From positions 32,001-96,000 of IMG/VR virus record IMGVR_UViG_3300013426_000014: DNA of 64,000 bases; one strand, 5' to 3'. The notes below the pieces were generated by a model that did not search any database, had not been told where the DNA came from, and saw nothing but the letters and a program-made list of their open reading frames with translations. A program made the position numbers and the translations under genes. This document shows positions 59,484 through 64,000 of this stretch, one piece after another; the first letter of the stretch is position 1, and the number at the start of each line of letters is the position of its first letter. Origin of the DNA: a virus (taxonomy: Duplodnaviria; Caudoviricetes).

Positions 59484-60230
59484 ATGCTGTCATTTTTCAA
59501 CATATTAGGTAAGATTTACGGCTGGATCAAATCACATCCGAAAGAAACCGTCATTGTTGTCCTTTTCTTGTTTCTTGCATGTTCTGTTATCAACAACGAG
59601 ACCATGCGGCGCCGATACGAGAGATCGATAACGAATATATCCGACACGATCTCTGTATACAGGACGAGAAACGGCGAGCTCCGCAAATCAGTGGAGTCTT
59701 ATGTCGTATCGCTCACCGAGCTGAAGAAATTGAACGCGGACCTTTACGACGAGGTCCGGAACCTCAATGCGAAGCCGCTCGTCGTGACCAAAACCGAATA
59801 TGTTACCGAAATCGACACGTTGTATATAAAATCCGATTCGGTCAGGGTGGTCGACGGGACGGCGGAGTTCCGGTGGTCGCATTCAGACAGCTGAACTAGC
59901 ATATCCGGCGTGTCGGCATGGAATCCGGAGGATTCATCTGGTCTGACAAGGATCGACCGTCTGTCGACACGGATACCGGTGACGCTGAGCGTTGTCGAGA
60001 ACAAGGACGGGGGACTCGACATCGTAACAGGATCCGATTGCCCGTATGCCGACGTCACGGCGATATCGGGAGCTGTTGTGTCGCCGGAGAAGATAAAGGC
60101 GGTGTCGGCAAGGAGATCGAAATGAGGTATATCATTGACCGCTGGTTACGGCGCCGCGGCCGTGAACGGTCAGGTAAGGCTCGCGCCTTACGCAGGGATC
60201 GGCATTTCTTATAATCTGATAACATTCTAA
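59484..60230 (+). CDS. Spanin-like lysis/membrane protein (248 aa, 2 TGA)
   Basis: N-terminal TM, coiled coil, then C-terminal K(W)GISL.AGYG...PYAGIGISYNLITF beta hairpin ending in Phe. Confidence 0.6.
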
Positions 60231-60236
60231 TACGTT

Positions 60237-62000
60237 ATGAAGGATATTTCAAGGTTCGTCCAGATATCGGATGTTTGCCTGCTTGAGTACAGGATAAACA
60301 AGGAATACGACAACGTCTACTCGCCGGACGAGGAGGGTATGCTCCGGCCGGCGGACGGGTCGAGAGTGTTCACTTTGCCGGATGACTCCGTCTTGTTCGC
60401 GGACGCGAGATACGCACCCAACACCGCGTTGCCGACGGATAAATCGGGCAAGGAATGATGCAACCCGCTCGATGGGACGTCGCCGTCGCTTTCCGACTTC
60501 ACAGATTCATACTCGTCGATATTCGACCCGCTGCCGTCGGCCGACATCCCGTCGGAGTCGGTGCCCGCTGACAGGATAAGGATATATGTCGTCAACGGAT
60601 ACTCTTTCTCCAATACGTACGGCTTCTGGATCAAGGCGTGGCTCGACAGGGAGACGAAGGATCAGGATAACGCCGCGACGAGATCAGATGCGGTACTTCT
60701 GTCGTGAACATACAACAGGGCGAACGCAAAGTGGAAATACGTGACGCGGCCGTTGTTCTTCAGTAACCGCGTGTACGACAAGTACATCGAGCTCGAGTTC
60801 CCGTCCGCACAGTTCCTGACACATTCGAACTCGTCCGCGCTGGCGGCGGCGCTCGGCGTCAAGGAAGGAGCCGGGTCGCTCAGGCTGGCGTACGCCGACC
60901 TGTATCAGGACGTGTACACCGAACATTCAGACGTCATGACAGGCGGGTTCGCGGCGTTGTCCGGGAAGGCGGCGCCGAAGGCGCGGACCGGTGAGTTCGG
61001 GACAGGCAACGCCGTGTCGACTTCGCTTCCACTCGCCGCTAACACCGACCGGTTCAACCTGTATATCGGTGAGAGCCCGAAAGGCGGCTACATCGAGTAT
61101 TACGGCACATGGGACGGGAAGGCGCTGACACCGGCGGTCGTGAACAGATTCAATGTCACAATACCACTTTACACTCCATCTAAGTCCGCCTATGACGCGG
61201 CGAAGGCGTCAGCAGGGCTCGATGAGTGGCAGACGTGGTACGTGCAACACGGTCTGAAGGTGACGCTTGTTAACCAGGACGGCGAGAACGTCGTGCTGGA
61301 CAATATTGTCAACACTCAGTATTTCGGCGACGGAAGCCCGACCCGGTTCTTCTATAGGCCGATACCGTCCAGGCTGACTGAGTCCGGCATAAAGCTGTCG
61401 GACGACTGGATCATGACCGTCGAATACGAGTGCTCGCTCGTCAATGTCGTCGACGGGTCGAAGGTGACGAGGACCGGATCGATGTCCACCGACCTTTCGA
61501 AATACATGTCTGACACAGGGTCGGATCTTGGATTTTCCGACACGTTCACATACAAGATATTCAACAGGATCAATAACGTGAAGCAGGAGCTGACGACCGC
61601 CGGGAACGGCCCGTCCGTCAAGTACACGAAGGTTTTTTACGACAGCACGACCGTCAACCTGTCGGGAAACACCGGCCTGTACACGATGACGCTGGCGAAC
61701 AGCCCGAAGAACTACAAGTTCACGTTCACGCAGGATGATTCCGACGGCGCGACCAAATACATGAACTTCACAGGGTCGTATTATAAGTTGTACTCCCGCG
61801 ATAAGGACGGAAAGGACATATATATCGACGCGACGTACAGCGACAACATGAACACGATAATGGGAGAGCTCGAGTTTTATATACCGCAAACAATGATAAA
61901 GCGGCTTAAGGCAGTGCCGGTTGAGAACAGGTTTATGGATATCGTCGTCGTCAATCAGGACAACACCATATCGACGCTGTACGAGTTCACGTACAGTTAG
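60237..62000 (+). CDS. Hypothetical structural protein (587 aa, 2 TGA)
   Basis: ORFs 60237 and 60741 are in one frame, joined through TGA 60456 and 60705. Confidence 0.7.
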
Positions 62001-62081
62001 TGGAATGGAATGATGAATTCGGCAATATAATTTACAGGGTGTCGCGTGAGCGCCGCCCTGTTAAATTTTAACAGTTTCCAT

Positions 62082-63062
62082 ATGGACAAGAACAAGGAGG
62101 AAATCCTTTCCAATTATGTGAATTCCGTCGAGGAGCCGGCCACTCCGACGACGCGGGAGACGCGGGGAAAGGTTCTCAACCCCGCCGGCATACCGGAGCG
62201 GTTCCGCGGCGGGAACGCCCCCGCCGGAGCGCGTGAGCAAGCAGATCAGCCAAAGGACCACCTCGGTTGGCAGAAGGTCCCTGTCGACACCCTGCCGACT
62301 GGCGGTCTGTATTACCCGGAGGGGACGGAGCTATTCATCAGGGCCGCGCAAGGCAAGGAGATAAAGCACTGGTCGACGCTTGACGATTCTGACCTGTCGA
62401 GCATGGACGACATGCTCAACTACATCGTCGAGAGGTGCGCGCGGCTCAGGATACCGGGCACGCAGTATGGCGGCGGCAGCTGGAAGGACATCAAGGATAT
62501 CGACCGGTTCTATATACTTCTGTCGATCCGCGAGCTAACTTTCCCTGACGCGGCGGATGAGCTTAAGATATCGGTGAAGGAAAACGTCGATATCCCGGTC
62601 AAGAAGGAGATGATCGATTTCATCCAGATCCCACAGGAGATCATGAAATACTATTCGCCGGAAGAACGGTGCTTCGTGCTCCGTCTTAAGACCGGCCGCG
62701 AGATCAGGATGTACATCCCGTCCATCGGCATCAACGAGTGGATCAAGCGTTACGCGATTTCAAAAAGCCAGATGCGGGCAGGATATGACCAGGATTATCT
62801 GGTTTTCGCACCGATGCTGCTTGGTGATTACAGGAAATTGTCTGAAAGGGCGTATAATGAGGCGGTGCTTGAGTCTGAATCGTGGACCGGCAAGGAATGG
62901 TCGCTTGTGTCGTACGTCCGCGACCTTATCGCCGCCGCCGTCGACCCTAAGCTTAAGTATATCGATCAGGACGGTCAGGAGCAGACCACCCCGCTCAACA
63001 TCCCGGGAGGGGTGAAAAGCTTGTTTCGAAGCGTTTCAGATCCCCTATCAATACTTGAGTAA
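62082..63062 (+). CDS. Baseplate hub assembly / tail chaperone (T4 gp26-like)
   Basis: LP.GG..YP.G..I..RAA...EI, DR.YI...IRELTF, C-terminal GG.KSLF. Confidence 0.65.
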   Translation: MDKNKEEILSNYVNSVEEPATPTTRETRGKVLNPAGIPERFRGGNAPAGAREQADQPKDHLGWQKVPVDTLPTGGLYYPEGTELFIRAAQGKEIKHWSTLDDSDLSSMDDMLNYIVERCARLRIPGTQYGGGSWKDIKDIDRFYILLSIRELTFPDAADELKISVKENVDIPVKKEMIDFIQIPQEIMKYYSPEERCFVLRLKTGREIRMYIPSIGINEWIKRYAISKSQMRAGYDQDYLVFAPMLLGDYRKLSERAYNEAVLESESWTGKEWSLVSYVRDLIAAAVDPKLKYIDQDGQEQTTPLNIPGGVKSLFRSVSDPLSILE

Positions 63063-63300
63063 AATCTACTTTATCTTCGCGAAGGATCTTCATATACCGC
63101 CTTCTGAGATCGACGAGATGTACTGGTACGACGTCATGTTCATACTGAAAGAGTACACGACATATGTCGAGGAGTCGAATGAGGAGTCACAACGGCAGGA
63201 GGATGAGTACAGGTCGAAAATGCAGGAGGTACAGCAGCCGAAGGTACCGGAGTTCAAGATCCCGGATATGAGCTCGCTCGCGAAAGGATTCAAGATTTAG
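63055..63300 (+). CDS. Small baseplate/tail chaperone partner (gp51-like)
   Basis: L.I.PSEID.M..Y motif. Overlaps the upstream gene and has only a TTG start. Confidence 0.55.
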   Translation: MSKIYFIFAKDLHIPPSEIDEMYWYDVMFILKEYTTYVEESNEESQRQEDEYRSKMQEVQQPKVPEFKIPDMSSLAKGFKI

Positions 63301-63360
63301 GTTTCCGTTGTTTACGGAAACCTTTTTCTGTTTGATAAATAGGTAAAATACCGTTTTCTT

Positions 63361-63681
63361 ATGAATATAATGAATTGGTTACAAAATAAATGGAAAGACG
63401 TGTTGCTTATCCTGCTGATGGTTCTGTGGATGGGTGGATGTGTGTCGAGATGCTCCAAAAACAACGAGATACGGTCGCTTAGATCCGTCATCTTTGAACG
63501 TGACAGCGCGATCACCGCTGAGATTGTGAAGTCCGACAGCCTGTCTGACGTCATATCTGGCATGCGTCACGAGATCGATCTTCGTGATGTTGTGATAGAG
63601 CAGAAGACGCAGAACGTCAGAAGTCTGGAGGAATCGGCGAAGCGGATTGTCGTCAGGATAGACACGGCCGGACGCAGGTAG
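63361..63681 (+). CDS. Membrane-anchored coiled-coil protein (spanin-like)
   Basis: N-terminal TM with Cys followed by a coiled coil. ATAAATA at 63335-63341. Confidence 0.5.
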   Translation: MNIMNWLQNKWKDVLLILLMVLWMGGCVSRCSKNNEIRSLRSVIFERDSAITAEIVKSDSLSDVISGMRHEIDLRDVVIEQKTQNVRSLEESAKRIVVRIDTAGRR

Positions 63682-63685
63682 TCAT

Positions 63686-64000
63686 ATGGGAAAGAAAAAA
63701 TTATACATCGCGTTCATCGCCGCGTTCCTTCTGTTGTATCTGATAGTCGCGTGCATCAGTTTCGTACACAGCATATCGTTTTTCTCGATAGGAAACACCG
63801 GATGGATGTCATGCCTGCTGGGATTCAGCTTTGAGCTCGGTCAGGCGGTGGTGCTCGCGTCTATACTGCTGTCTGACAACAGGAAGTCGCTGCTCACGTG
63901 GGCTTTGTTCATAGTGCTGACCGCTGTGCAGTGCATCGGCAACGTGTATTCAGTGTATGCGTACATGTCGCAATCCGCTGTTGAATATTACAGGTATTTA
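63686..64000 (+). CDS. Multi-pass membrane protein (partial)
   Basis: MGKKKLYIAFIAAFLLLYLIVA..., at least three hydrophobic helices, open to the window end. Confidence 0.6.
   Translation, partial: MGKKKLYIAFIAAFLLLYLIVACISFVHSISFFSIGNTGWMSCLLGFSFELGQAVVLASILLSDNRKSLLTWALFIVLTAVQCIGNVYSVYAYMSQSAVEYYRYL

Noticed and set aside
22706-62000. TAG recoding (code 15) or TGA=Gly (code 25)
   Set aside because: TAG appears only at plausible gene ends (7439, 22706, 30785, 54552, 62000). Paralog and repeat comparisons pair TGA with TGG.

Overview
This window is part of a large T4-like (myovirus-type) phage genome, probably infecting Bacteroidales. The host inference rests on Bacteroidales-type amidases, TAnnTTTG promoter boxes and the absence of obvious Shine-Dalgarno motifs. 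The code-11 ORF track fragments many genes because this phage reads TGA as Trp (genetic code 4). By hand I found about 70 in-frame TGA codons in about 30 genes. They fall at conserved Trp positions and concentrate in virion, packaging and lysis genes and in the late sigma factor gp55. The replication genes (SSB, helicase, ligase, RNase H, clamp loader) use only TGG. After retranslation the window encodes RuvC, gp32, a DNA methyltransferase, an ECF sigma, a DinG-like helicase, LigA, MoxR/metallopeptidase/vWA, portal, gp2, gp4, endolysin, UvsX/Y, RNase H, gp44/62, TerS, gp25, TerL, gp55, and tail/baseplate and lysis genes. The main observations are: (1) TerL is fractured at its Walker A motif into two genes 2.8 kb apart, joined by an atypically split intein, with a nuclease-less homing-endonuclease remnant and two paralogous HExxH zincin genes in the gap; (2) a conserved acidic leader peptide, [ILV][YN]E-[DG]F[DN]xSDxxDxD[YW]T[DE]x[LMF]SD, sits on several otherwise different late proteins and is a candidate capsid-targeting or ejection tag; (3) the code switch appears to gate both late transcription and lysis. 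All annotations come from motif recognition by eye; no database searches were run.
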